A stretch of 64,000 nt of DNA from Deltaproteobacteria bacterium (GCA_040218735.1 JAVJQW010000049.1:96001-160000), one strand, 5' to 3'. Positions 19,871-32,057 are shown, numbered from the stretch's first letter. Notes: a model not told the origin generated them from the letters alone. Numbers and translations are program-made.

Positions 19871-20334
19871 CGGCGGGACTTCTTTCGGCTCTTGCGCCAG
19901 CTCGCGAGGAGGCGCGGCATCTCGTCGTGGAAGAACGCGTGGAGCGCGCGCAGCTCACGGAGCGGGCGTTGGCGTTCGGCGGGCTCGCCTTTCAGGAGCG
20001 CGAGGCCGCGGTCGGCGATGGGGAGGAAGGCGCCGAGCGTCGAGGTCATGGCTTCGAAGCGGCGTTCGAAGCCGGTCGAGTCGACTTGGTAGTACGTCGC
20101 GCGCTCACCCGGGAGCGGGACGCGCTCGATCAGCGCGCCGGTTTGGAGGAGACGGAGGCTGGTGCTGATGCTGCCCTTGCTCGCGCCCAGCGCTTCGGCG
20201 AGCTCGGCGGCGGAGCGGTACGGCGGGTCGCAGACCAGGAGGAAGCCAAGGATGCGGCCGGCGATGCGCGGGAGGCCCCCGGCTTCGAAGAACAGCGCGA
20301 CGTCCTCGACGTAGGCGGCGAGCTCGTCGTCCAC
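19867..20334 (-). CDS. GbsR/MarR-family transcriptional regulator
   Basis: GLPRIAGRILGFLL...SAAELAEALGASKGSIST...PGERATYY; first gene of the exporter operon. Confidence 0.88.
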   Translation of the reverse strand: MDDELAAYVEDVALFFEAGGLPRIAGRILGFLLVCDPPYRSAAELAEALGASKGSISTSLRLLQTGALIERVPLPGERATYYQVDSTGFERRFEAMTSTLGAFLPIADRGLALLKGEPAERQRPLRELRALHAFFHDEMPRLLASWRKSRKKSRR

Positions 20335-20361
20335 GGGTCTGAGGTTCGTCGAAGATAGTTA

Positions 20362-20379
20362 GTTCAGTCAAGACTGAAC
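20362..20379. promoter_or_regulatory. Perfect inverted repeat, probable operator of the GbsR/MarR regulator
   Basis: GTTCAGTC-AA-GACTGAAC in an AT-rich divergent intergenic gap, 27 bp upstream of the regulator start. Confidence 0.7.
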
Positions 20380-20426
20380 AAATCGAGCAGTCGATTCGAC
20401 GGGGGCGCGGACGTAGACTCCCGCGG

Positions 20427-21338
20427 ATGACGGCGATCGAGCGCTTTCACCCGATTGGCACACCCGGCGTGCCCTGGACGCAGGTGGAGAAGGACCGCTG
20501 GCGATCCGAGCGAAGTGTGCAGCGGAGCTACCGCGACGAGGTGCTCGTGAAGATCGATGCGTTGAAGGGGCCGTTCGAGGTGCAGCGATACGGTGCGTTG
20601 AGCGTCGACGCCGATCGGTATCCGCAGCTCGCGGTGCGGATGGCGCACGCGTCGGGGCGGCCTTGGGCGCTCGTGACCGGGGGCGTGCACGGGTACGAGA
20701 CCAGCGGGGTGCAGGGGGCGCTCGCGTTCCTCGCGGAGGCGGCGGAGGCGTACGTCGACCGGGTGAACCTCGTCGTCGCGCCGTGTGTGAGCCCGTGGGG
20801 TTATGAGGTCATCCACCGCTGGAACCCGTTCGCCGTGGATCCGAACCGCTCGTTCGTCGAGGACAGCCCGGCCGAGGAGTGTCGCGCGATCATGGCGTAC
20901 CTCGCGGGGATCGACTTCGCGATGCACATCGATCTGCACGAGACGACGGACACCGACGAGACCGAGTTCCGTCCCGCGCTCGCTGCGCGCGACGGCAAGG
21001 CGTTCGAGCCGGGCACGATCCCCGACGGCTTCTACCTGGTCGACGATGCCGCGGCGCCCGAGCCCGCGTTCCAGACCGCGATCATCGAGGCGGTGGAGAA
21101 GGTCACGCACATCGCGCCGGCGGACGAGGCCGGGCAGATCATCGGGAGCGACGTGAAGCAGCGCGGCGTGATCGAGTACGCGTTTGGCGACCTCGGCCTG
21201 TGCGCCGGCATGACGGACGCGCGGTACACGACGACGACCGAGGTCTACCCGGACAGCCCGAGCGCGACGCCCGAGATCTGCAACGCCGCGCAGGTCGCCG
21301 CGGTGCGCGCGGCGTTGGACTTCGTGCTGTCCGTCTGA
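20427..21338 (+). CDS. M14-family zinc metallocarboxypeptidase (succinylglutamate desuccinylase-like fold)
   Basis: GGVHGYETSG (HxxE), DPNRSF, HIDLHET, TTTEVYPD. Confidence 0.9.
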   Translation: MTAIERFHPIGTPGVPWTQVEKDRWRSERSVQRSYRDEVLVKIDALKGPFEVQRYGALSVDADRYPQLAVRMAHASGRPWALVTGGVHGYETSGVQGALAFLAEAAEAYVDRVNLVVAPCVSPWGYEVIHRWNPFAVDPNRSFVEDSPAEECRAIMAYLAGIDFAMHIDLHETTDTDETEFRPALAARDGKAFEPGTIPDGFYLVDDAAAPEPAFQTAIIEAVEKVTHIAPADEAGQIIGSDVKQRGVIEYAFGDLGLCAGMTDARYTTTTEVYPDSPSATPEICNAAQVAAVRAALDFVLSV

Positions 21339-21421
21339 CTGTTCGCGTACTGTACAGAGCGTCCCGCGGCGGCGATGGACGCGCGCGTGTGGTTGGCACA
21401 CCGGCTGCTCTCGGTCGGGGG

Positions 21422-24400
21422 ATGAATCGCATCCAAAGACTGCTCCCCGCGATGGCCCTGGTCGCCTGCGCCGATGTCGGCGAGGTGCCGCAGAAGGAGG
21501 CCGAGACGGAGGCGCCCGTCCAGATTGTCAGCAACGCCTGCAAGTGGTCCGGCCTCGTCTCGAAGGACACGCCCGATAGCTGTGCGCTTCAAGGTGGCAG
21601 CCCGGTCTCGACCGAGATGCGCTTCGTGCCGCGGATGGGATTCGTGGACGGGATGTCGTGCGGCGTGTGGCCGGCGTCGCTCGACTACGCGACGATCGGA
21701 CAGACCATCAACGGCAACCTCCCGCACAACGCCGTCACGACCGACGCGATCTGGTTTCAGCAGAGCGCGTTCGCGGCGGGGGCGCTGGAGTGGGTCGTGT
21801 TCGGGAGCAAACGAGAGCTCCAGGTCCGTCGGATCCCGTGGACGCGGACGACCGAGCTCGCCGTCGCGGTCGACGTCGAAGCCGGCTACGGGATGGTGCT
21901 CGACTTTGCGCTGACCTGCGACGAGGCCGACCTCCACGCCGGGCTCTGTCGGATCGTGTCCGGCACGATCGATGGCAAGGAGGTCGACATCCTCGTGCGG
22001 AGCGAACCGGCTTCGGTGGCGCGGCGCGACGTCATGCTGGTGGCGGAGACGATCCGGTTCCCCGAGTCGATCGATCTCGACGTCGGCCTCCTCGCGATCG
22101 CCGACGAGGTCTCGGGTGGCCCCCGCGTGGAGCGCGAGAAGCTCATCGCGGACCCGGTCGACGTGCAGGTGTTCTCGGGACGCAAGCCCATCGGCAACAC
22201 GTGGGCGGAAGCGGTGCACGCGATGGGCGACGTTCCCGAGCGCCCGGTGCTCGCGGTCTTCGCGCACGAGGTCTCGGGGATTGGGAAGCTGCGCTCGAAG
22301 GCGCACGCGCGCGTCGCGACGCTGAGCCTCACCCACGCGTCGACCGACATGTTCGCCGATGCGTGGCAGGCCTCGGACGTCAACCGCATCGTCGAGGCGA
22401 CGTTCCCCAAGGTGCTGCCCGGAGAGATCGACGAGTCGATGCAGCTCGTGCAGCAGGGGGGTGAGTACAAGATCCTTCAGAACGTACACATCGAGTTTCG
22501 GCCGACGCTGCAAGTTCGCTTGCAGAGCGACGGTGGACTGACGCAGCTCGGCGTCGCGGCCGGGAAGGCCGAGGCGGCGCTGCAGGCGCACGGTGAGAGC
22601 AAGCTCGCGGTGGTCTGGGATCCCACCGAGGTGCAGGCTTACGCGGCGGCGCTCGCCCAGTACGTCACGCAGTTCGACCCGGCGTGTGTTGCCGTCGCTC
22701 CGGGCGACGACATCTGTTGGAACGAAGACGACTGCATCTGGTACCCGGATGGCTCCTGGGACTGCGACGTTGTCCAGGTGTGCCAGCCCGGCCCGCCGGA
22801 AGAGGCGTGCCCCATCGTGGGGGGGCTTACCGCGGCCTTCCCGGGGGGCGCGACGGTGCAGGTGCAGGGCGACGTTCCGCAGTTTGCGCTCGAGCTCCGT
22901 GATGCGCTCCTCGCGACGTTCGCGCACCTGTACCCGCCGGCGCAGGGGCCGACGAAGTTCCCCGGCGGCGACGTTCGGTCCGAGGAGGGCTTCTCGCGTA
23001 CGCACTTCGCGGCGCAGGCGCTGAGTCACGGCACGCTGTTCGACGTCCTCTACGAGGCGCACGACAACCGCAGTCGTCGTCACGGGCTGTTCGCACGGGA
23101 GTGGGAGCGCCTCGGGCTCGCGACGGATCCTCAGGTGATGCACCCGGCGTTCGATCTCGCCGACTACGGTATCGACGAAGCGCGGTGGCTCGAGGTGCAG
23201 CAGCGCCGCGCGTACATCGAAGCGTTCGACGCGAGCGACGTCTCCGTCTACCTCGACGGGTTGGGGCTTCCGTACGGTCAACGCGCGGTGGGGTGGCACC
23301 CGACGCACTTGGTCAGCAGCGGCAATGCGTACGGTTCGATGATCGAGATCAGTCAGCGCTGGGCCGACCTCCCGCAGCTCGCGCAAGAGCTCGACGCGGT
23401 GGCGGACGATCAGAACTTCGTCGCGCAGCTCGCCGGACTCATCTCACTCACGACGGCGCAAGCTACGTTGACGCGCGACTCGGCTCAGGCGCTCGGCGAT
23501 TCGGCGAGCTCGAACGTGGCGTCGCAGACGGCGGCGATCGCGAAGTTGGAGACGGCGACGCAGACCGTGATCGCGTTGGCGGAGGACTTCGAGCAGGACG
23601 TCGACAACATCTGGAACTGCTCGGGGAGCCTCGCCGGGTGCGCGGCTTCGATGGAGACGATGGTCGAGCAGATCGAAGCGAGCTGTTCCCAGAGCACGCA
23701 GCTCGACAACTTCTTGGCGTTGGTCGGGTTCCTCGCGTCGGTGGTCGACGTGGTCGCGCCGGTCGTCGGCGGGCTCGATTCTCTCGTGAACAACCAAAAG
23801 CTCATCGATCTCTTCGCGCTCACCCACAACACCACGGTCGACTCGCTGATCATCCAGGACGGCCTGAAGTGGATCGGCGCGAAGAAGAAGACGGTCGGCA
23901 CCGTTCAGAAGACGATGTCCAGCATCAAGAAGATCGCGGAAGACCTCGCGCCGATGCTCGGGACGGCGGTCGCTCAGTGCGAGGGGACGCCGCAGGAGGT
24001 GCAGCTGCTGCAGATGCAGTCGAACTTGGTCCTGATCGAGACGTCCGCGGGGATGCTCGCGGTGCACTCCGCGACGCTCGAGGGCGTGCTCGACGCGCTC
24101 AGTGGTCACGTGCAGCACCTGATGACTTCGGCGCAGGCGCACGGCGTGTGGGCGGAGGAGAGCGACGCGTTGATCGACGAGCTCGACTTGCTCCAGGACG
24201 GGACGCTCGAACAGCTCTCGCGGCAGCGTCGTTTCATCCGGGCGGCGTGTCAGACCACGCAGCGTGCGGCGACGCAGGCGCTCGCGGACTACAAGGCGGT
24301 GAGTGACACGCTGGTCACGTCGGCGGGTCGTTCGCGGACGTCGCACGGGCTGACGATTCCGCGGTCGCCGGGGCTGTCGACGGAGCTGTCGTCGGACCGC

Positions 24401-25297
24401 CACGATGGTTACGCGATCAGCGTCTGGGACACGGGGCTGTTCTCGGCGTTCGACGAGACGGGTGGGGTGAGCGGCACGCCGTTCCTCACGGCGGCGCGCG
24501 ATCGTTTCCGCGAGCTGGTGAGTGACGAGCTCTGCCGGATCGATGGCGGCCCGCTCGACGCGCACCGGTGGTTGGTCCGCAGGACCGTCCGCGGCGCGGA
24601 GCTGCAGGCGATGCTCGCGAACGGTCACTTGCTCGTCGACGTCTCGCTGGACGATCTGCTCGCGGGCAGCGTGGCGTCGGGTGTGAGCTTCGACGCGACG
24701 GAGACGACGACCGCCATGGGCCAGTCGCTCCCGCTCTCGGGCGCCATCGTGCTCGGCGTCGGTTACTCGGCGTGCACCGGCCCGGCGGGCGAAGAGTGCT
24801 GCAGCAGTCCGTCGTGCCGCACCGCGTTCACGCTCGACCAACCCCACCTGGTCCCGCGGTTCTTGGAGGTGCCCACGCTCGCGTGCCCGCTCGACAGCGC
24901 CCCGGTCACGGGCACCGAGCCCACCACGGGCCTCTCGGTCGACACGTGCCTCGCCCCGGTCGCGTCGCACCCCGCGCACCGCGAGCTCACCTACGTCGCG
25001 AACCCGGAGGCCCCGGACTCGGTGCTCGTGCAGAGCCACTTCGACGCGAACATCTGCAACGTCGAACCCACGGCTCTCCCGATGCAACAGCTCCGCGGCC
25101 TCCCGGCCCTCGGCGTCTACGAGCTCGCCCCCGACGGCGTCCTCGCCGACGCGATGACCCGGGAGCTCCACGACAGCCCCCCGGTGACCCTCCCCGAGAC
25201 GTGGCTGACCGCCAACGGCAACCTCACCGGCATCGAGTTCTTCTTCTACGTAGGCGCGGAGTCCACGAACGCGGCGGTGTACACGCCGACGCCATAA
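21422..25297 (+). CDS. Large (1291 aa) hypothetical lipoprotein with coiled coils and an internal hydrophobic helix; possible Tc-A-like/pore-forming protein
   Basis: ATG 21422, MNRIQRLLPAMALVAC; long amphipathic helices; FLALVGFLASVVDVVAPVVGGL; C-terminal LRGLPALGVYEL...LTGIEFFFYV. Confidence 0.7.
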   Translation: MNRIQRLLPAMALVACADVGEVPQKEAETEAPVQIVSNACKWSGLVSKDTPDSCALQGGSPVSTEMRFVPRMGFVDGMSCGVWPASLDYATIGQTINGNLPHNAVTTDAIWFQQSAFAAGALEWVVFGSKRELQVRRIPWTRTTELAVAVDVEAGYGMVLDFALTCDEADLHAGLCRIVSGTIDGKEVDILVRSEPASVARRDVMLVAETIRFPESIDLDVGLLAIADEVSGGPRVEREKLIADPVDVQVFSGRKPIGNTWAEAVHAMGDVPERPVLAVFAHEVSGIGKLRSKAHARVATLSLTHASTDMFADAWQASDVNRIVEATFPKVLPGEIDESMQLVQQGGEYKILQNVHIEFRPTLQVRLQSDGGLTQLGVAAGKAEAALQAHGESKLAVVWDPTEVQAYAAALAQYVTQFDPACVAVAPGDDICWNEDDCIWYPDGSWDCDVVQVCQPGPPEEACPIVGGLTAAFPGGATVQVQGDVPQFALELRDALLATFAHLYPPAQGPTKFPGGDVRSEEGFSRTHFAAQALSHGTLFDVLYEAHDNRSRRHGLFAREWERLGLATDPQVMHPAFDLADYGIDEARWLEVQQRRAYIEAFDASDVSVYLDGLGLPYGQRAVGWHPTHLVSSGNAYGSMIEISQRWADLPQLAQELDAVADDQNFVAQLAGLISLTTAQATLTRDSAQALGDSASSNVASQTAAIAKLETATQTVIALAEDFEQDVDNIWNCSGSLAGCAASMETMVEQIEASCSQSTQLDNFLALVGFLASVVDVVAPVVGGLDSLVNNQKLIDLFALTHNTTVDSLIIQDGLKWIGAKKKTVGTVQKTMSSIKKIAEDLAPMLGTAVAQCEGTPQEVQLLQMQSNLVLIETSAGMLAVHSATLEGVLDALSGHVQHLMTSAQAHGVWAEESDALIDELDLLQDGTLEQLSRQRRFIRAACQTTQRAATQALADYKAVSDTLVTSAGRSRTSHGLTIPRSPGLSTELSSDRHDGYAISVWDTGLFSAFDETGGVSGTPFLTAARDRFRELVSDELCRIDGGPLDAHRWLVRRTVRGAELQAMLANGHLLVDVSLDDLLAGSVASGVSFDATETTTAMGQSLPLSGAIVLGVGYSACTGPAGEECCSSPSCRTAFTLDQPHLVPRFLEVPTLACPLDSAPVTGTEPTTGLSVDTCLAPVASHPAHRELTYVANPEAPDSVLVQSHFDANICNVEPTALPMQQLRGLPALGVYELAPDGVLADAMTRELHDSPPVTLPETWLTANGNLTGIEFFFYVGAESTNAAVYTPTP

Positions 25298-25509
25298 CCC
25301 TGGAGCAACCAGGGCGACGGTCGCCCGCCCCGCGGGCGCCCGGCGCACGCACGGCGCTGGCCACTCCACGAAAGCCCCGCACCACCGCCCGCAGGCCGAG
25401 AGCGACCGCCAGCAGCTCTGCGTTCACGGATTTGAGCTGATGAGGTGGGTTTCACCGGCCGAATGGCCGGTGAACCCAGCGCTAAGCCCAATAGCGCCCT
25501 GGTGACGTT

Positions 25510-25532
25510 TCAGCCCGCCAGAGGCGGGCTGA
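25510..25532. terminator. GC-rich hairpin directly 3' of tRNA-Glu (possible terminator or processing stem; no U-tract)
   Basis: TCAGCCCGCC-AGA-GGCGGGCTGA, perfect 10-bp stem. Confidence 0.45.
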
Positions 25533-25535
25533 GAA

Positions 25536-25609
25536 CGTCCCCAAGGGGATTTGAACCCCTGTTGCCGGCGTGAAAAGCCGGAGTCCTGGGCCAACTAGAC
25601 GATGGGGAC
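25536..25609 (-). tRNA. tRNA-Glu (anticodon TTC), CCA not encoded
   Basis: Reverse complement GTCCCCATCGTCTAGTTGGCCCAGGACTCCGGCTTTTCACGCCGGCAACAGGGGTTCAAATCCCCTTGGGGACG folds as a cloverleaf; anticodon arm CCGGC-TTTTCAC-GCCGG; T-loop GTTCAAATC. Confidence 0.96.
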
Positions 25610-25767
25610 GTTGCGCTGGAGCCTATGCGAAGCGCCGCCGGAGTCAAGTTCTCAGTGCGTCGCCACGCATCCTTCACCGTCGTACCGGGATCGCACTGAT
25701 CCGCGCTCTGTCAGGAAGAAATGACCCAATCATGACGAGTTCCTCGGCAGGCGGTCGATACCTTGGG

Positions 25768-26955
25768 ATGCAGATGGAACTCGCGACCGCGCCCCGGGCC
25801 GAAAACGAGAAGCTGAACTGGATCGCATCGATACCGTACATTGCGATTCACATCGCGGCGGTCGCCGCGGTCTTCCTCTATCCGCCGACGCTCGAGCTCG
25901 TGCTGCTCGCCGTCGGGCTGTTCTTCCTGCGGATGTTCGGCATCACCGCCGGCTACCACCGATACTTCGCACACCGCGGCTTCAAGACCGGGCGCGTCTT
26001 CCAGTTCGTGCTCGCGTGGCTCGGCACGATGTCCTCGCAGAAGGGCGTGCTGTGGTGGAGCGGTCTGCACCGCCACCACCACAAGTACTCCGACATGGAA
26101 GAGGACATCCACTCGCCGAAGCGCGGCTTCTGGTGGTCGCACCACGGCTGGATCCTCTGCCCGAAGTACGACGAGACGCCGGCCGCCCAGCTGCGCGAGT
26201 TCGCCGACTACCCCGAGCTGATCTTCATCAACCGCTACTGGGTCGTCGGGCCGACGGTGCTGGGCATCGCGCTCTACCTGATCGGCGGGATGCCGTACGT
26301 CTTCTGGGGCGCGTTCCTGTCGACCGTGCTGCTCTACCACGGCACGTTCACGATCAACTCCCTCGCGCACGTCTGGGGCAGCCGCCGCTACGAGACCACC
26401 GACACCTCGCGCAACAACTTCTGGCTCGCGCTCCTCACCATGGGCGAGGGCTGGCACAACAACCACCACCACTACCAGTCGACCGCCCGCAACGGCTTCT
26501 TCTGGTGGGAGATCGACTTCAGCTACTACATCCTCGTCGCGCTCTCGTGGGTCGGCATCGTCTGGGACCTCCGCCAGCCCCCGAAGTGGGTGCTCGAAGG
26601 CAAGGCCCGCCGCCACGCGCCCGCCGCGCCGGCGCCCGCCGAGCTCCCGCCGCGCCTCGAGGAAGCGCTCACGCGCCTCGCCGCGCGCAAGGCCGAGCTG
26701 GAAGGCGCCGCCGCCGAACGCATCGCCGAGCTGCGCCTGCACATCGGCGAGGCCGCCGCGCACGCCGCAGAGGTCGCCGCCGAAGCCGCGCACGAAGCGA
26801 AGGGCTCTGCGCTCGCCGTCCGCGCCGCCGAGATCGCCGCCGAAGCCGAGGCCGTCGCCAACCAGATGGCGCGCGCGCTCGAAGCCAAGCTCCCGCCCGC
26901 GTGGGCCGCCGCCGCCGCGGACGCGAAGCTCCGCGCCGAAGCCGCCGTCGCCTGA
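25768..26955 (+). CDS. Membrane acyl-CoA (delta-9) fatty acid desaturase with Ala-rich C-terminal extension
   Basis: Three His boxes: GYHRYFAH, HRHHH...DIHSP, GEGWHNNHH; INSLAHVWG. Confidence 0.93.
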   Translation: MQMELATAPRAENEKLNWIASIPYIAIHIAAVAAVFLYPPTLELVLLAVGLFFLRMFGITAGYHRYFAHRGFKTGRVFQFVLAWLGTMSSQKGVLWWSGLHRHHHKYSDMEEDIHSPKRGFWWSHHGWILCPKYDETPAAQLREFADYPELIFINRYWVVGPTVLGIALYLIGGMPYVFWGAFLSTVLLYHGTFTINSLAHVWGSRRYETTDTSRNNFWLALLTMGEGWHNNHHHYQSTARNGFFWWEIDFSYYILVALSWVGIVWDLRQPPKWVLEGKARRHAPAAPAPAELPPRLEEALTRLAARKAELEGAAAERIAELRLHIGEAAAHAAEVAAEAAHEAKGSALAVRAAEIAAEAEAVANQMARALEAKLPPAWAAAAADAKLRAEAAVA

Positions 26956-26998
26956 GCGCGTACGGCCCGCGTTACCGGCGCCGTTCACGCGAGCGCGG

Positions 26999-27628
26999 TC
27001 AGCGCTGGTCGATCGACCGCAGCTCGATCACCTGCACCCGCTCGCCGGTGCGCTGGGTGATCCGACGCGCACAACGAATCCCGCCGAAGTCCTGATAGTC
27101 CGCGAACCGCGACGACGTGGTCTGTTTGCCCTCCGGCGTCTCGACCTCACCGCGCAGCGCGAGCAACACACCCGCGCTCTTGTCGAAGGACAACGTCACC
27201 GGACCCGTCGGGCCCTTCGCCTCGACCTCCCACACCGCGATCCCGTCGACCTGCGCGTCGCCGATCGTCTTCGCCGCGGCGTAGTGCTGCGCGAGGTGCA
27301 CGTCGAAGTGCAGATCGGACGCCCACGCGTCGTCGTAGGTCTTCTCGATCTTCCCGATGCCCGCGAGGTCCAGCTCGAGCTTCGCCGGGCCGTCCGACAG
27401 CGTGAGCCGACCCGTGCCCTCCACACCGCGATCCGGGTAGGCGATCGCAAACGCGAGCGTCGCGCCCATGAGCTTCTCGATCGCGCGCGACCCACCGACC
27501 GCCCTCAGGTGCCGCTCGAACAGCACCTCCGCGCGCACCGGCTCGTTGTTCGGCGAAGCCTTCGGCGGAGGGGTGCTCGCCGGACAGCCCGCCGTCAGCA
27601 GCAACGCGAGGACCGCCGCGCGCCTCAC
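26999..27628 (-). CDS. Hypothetical lipoprotein (outer-membrane lipoprotein-sorting-like tail)
   Basis: GTG 27628, VRRAAVLALLLTAGC; HLRAVGG; FADYQDFGGI. Confidence 0.65.
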   Translation of the reverse strand: MRRAAVLALLLTAGCPASTPPPKASPNNEPVRAEVLFERHLRAVGGSRAIEKLMGATLAFAIAYPDRGVEGTGRLTLSDGPAKLELDLAGIGKIEKTYDDAWASDLHFDVHLAQHYAAAKTIGDAQVDGIAVWEVEAKGPTGPVTLSFDKSAGVLLALRGEVETPEGKQTTSSRFADYQDFGGIRCARRITQRTGERVQVIELRSIDQR

Positions 27629-28107
27629 GATCCGCAGCTCGTCATCGGCGGGGGCGGGCACAACCGCGCGTCGGGGTTCACGGGCGCGAGCGTGAGCGGG
27701 ATGAGCGCGTCCTCGGTGGACTGCGCCCACATCGAGCACGCCTCGTAGCGGAAGATCTGATTCAACGGCGTCTGCCCGTCCTCGATGCAGACACACGCCT
27801 GCTGGTTCATCGCGTCGGCGCTGTCCGGGACACACGGTCCCGTGCACTCTTCCCAGCCCTGCAGCCACACGTAGAACAGCTCGCCCGGCGTCACCCCCGC
27901 TTCGATAGGCGCGCCGGAGCCGTCGAGCGGGAGGTTCTGCGCGGCCGCGAGCTCGTTCTGACCGCACACCCGCACGATCATGCGAAGGCGCGCGAGCCCG
28001 GCGAGCGGCGGCACGTCGTTCGAACGGCGGAGATCGATCGCGACCGTCGGCGGCCCGCCGCAGCCCGCGAGCACGCCCAACACCACGAACCATCTGAGCA
28101 CCTTCAT
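27625..28107 (-). CDS. Hypothetical Cys-rich lipoprotein
   Basis: ATG 28107, MKVLRWFVVLGVLAGC; ATGA overlap with the upstream gene. Confidence 0.7.
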   Translation of the reverse strand: MKVLRWFVVLGVLAGCGGPPTVAIDLRRSNDVPPLAGLARLRMIVRVCGQNELAAAQNLPLDGSGAPIEAGVTPGELFYVWLQGWEECTGPCVPDSADAMNQQACVCIEDGQTPLNQIFRYEACSMWAQSTEDALIPLTLAPVNPDARLCPPPPMTSCGS

Positions 28108-29480
28108 GGCAGCCGCACCTCGAACTTCGTCGTCGCCGGGTCCGGCGACAGGAGCACCACCCCCGCGACGACGCCTCCGACCGCCGCCGCTCCGACGATC
28201 GCCCAGAACCACCACTGACCGATGAGTGCGTCGTCGTCGTCGGGCGGCTCGGTGACAGCGCCGGTCACGAGCGAGCCGCCGGGCGGAGGGGGAGGGGGCG
28301 GCGACACGTCGAGGTCGACGGCGTCCGCGCTCCGGGACGCGTACATCGCTTCCGTCACCGCGGGGGTGGCGGTGAACGCGCCGTCGTCGTCGATCGAGAA
28401 GATGTCCGCGCGCTGATCCACGAACAGCCCCGCGCACAATCGCTTCACGTTGCGTGCGACACGCTCGCTGTCGATCACCGGGTCGAGCGGTACCCGGCCC
28501 ACCGACTTCAGCGGCCCGCCGCTCCCGTGGCGCGCGATGAACAGCCACAGGCGATCGTCGGTGCCCTTCTTCACCGCGCCCACGAGCGTCGTCCACCCGC
28601 GGGCGAGCGAAGCGACCCGCGATGCAAACGGTTCCGCCGCCTCGGCGCCGCGGCGTCGCTGTACGACCTCGAGCATCGCGCGCCGCGCTTCTTCCGCGGG
28701 CCCGGTGCGTTCGAGGCGGACCTGCGTCGCGCGCCCGGCGGCGACACGCACGGTCGTCTTCAGCACGCCGTGCGGCCACGTCGCGACGACGTAGTGCTGG
28801 CCGGGGAGGATGCGCGTCGCGACGAGCGGTGCTTCGCCGAGGCGCTGCCCGTCGACCTGGATCAGGCACCCCGGATCCGCGCACTCGATCTCGATGCGCC
28901 CGACCGCGCCGGTCTCGCGCTTCGCGGCGTCCCACAGGCGCACGAACTTCGCGGGGTGCGTCCGCGACGTCGGCGCGAGCTTGGGGCCGAGGGCGATCAG
29001 GTTCTTCAGCGTGGCCTTCGCGGCGCCGTGCTCGCCGCTTTGGTACTGCGCCTCGGCCTTCGCGAGCATCGCGTCGTGGAGGAGCTCGTAGTCCTCGAGC
29101 GTGACGAGGCGCGACTCGAAGATCGAGATGGCCTTGTCGAGCTTCTTCAGCGCGGACTTGTGTTTGAACCGCAGGAACAGATCGACGCCCTGGTTCTTGA
29201 GCTTCGAGACCAGCGCGGCGTCGTCCGCGAGGAGGCGTTTGTCGAGCGCGTGTCCGGACGCGTCGACGAGGCGGAACCGGTCGTAGCCGTCCAGCTCGTC
29301 CACCAGGAGGGTCTCGAGCTGACGCGCGGCCTTCGGTGCGAGGGGGCCGCGCTCCAGGCCCACCCAGGCGTACCGGCGCGGCTTGTTCTTGCCGTACACG
29401 GCCGCCGGCACCGTCAGCACGACGGCGAGCACCCCCCACGCGATGGCACCTGCGCGCACCGCAGCGGAGGCTATCGTCAT
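28104..29480 (-). CDS. Exported TPR/PEGA domain protein with C-terminal hydrophobic anchor
   Basis: Signal peptide from ATG 29480; PEGA-like GCLIQVDGQRLGEAPL...LPGQHYV; tail QWWFWAIVGAAAVGGVVAGVVLL. Confidence 0.8.
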   Translation of the reverse strand: MTIASAAVRAGAIAWGVLAVVLTVPAAVYGKNKPRRYAWVGLERGPLAPKAARQLETLLVDELDGYDRFRLVDASGHALDKRLLADDAALVSKLKNQGVDLFLRFKHKSALKKLDKAISIFESRLVTLEDYELLHDAMLAKAEAQYQSGEHGAAKATLKNLIALGPKLAPTSRTHPAKFVRLWDAAKRETGAVGRIEIECADPGCLIQVDGQRLGEAPLVATRILPGQHYVVATWPHGVLKTTVRVAAGRATQVRLERTGPAEEARRAMLEVVQRRRGAEAAEPFASRVASLARGWTTLVGAVKKGTDDRLWLFIARHGSGGPLKSVGRVPLDPVIDSERVARNVKRLCAGLFVDQRADIFSIDDDGAFTATPAVTEAMYASRSADAVDLDVSPPPPPPPGGSLVTGAVTEPPDDDDALIGQWWFWAIVGAAAVGGVVAGVVLLSPDPATTKFEVRLP

Positions 29481-29618
29481 TCGTCCCCCGGATCGAAGTC
29501 GGCGTTCGCGCGATAGTTTGGCGTGCTCCGGACTGCGTACTAGGATGGCGTCGGCCAAACACGTCGCGGCGCACCCGTGCGCCCAGACTTGGCCGAGGTG
29601 CGGGTTAGTCCGATTCGA

Positions 29619-32057
<2,439 letters not shown>

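Noticed and set aside
25437-25490. Hammerhead ribozyme suggested by CTGATGAG followed by a stem
   Set aside because: The required GAAA after stem II is absent
25298-25609. tRNA-Glu as an integration site of a genomic island
   Set aside because: No integrase, and no direct repeat of the tRNA 3' end was noticed in the window
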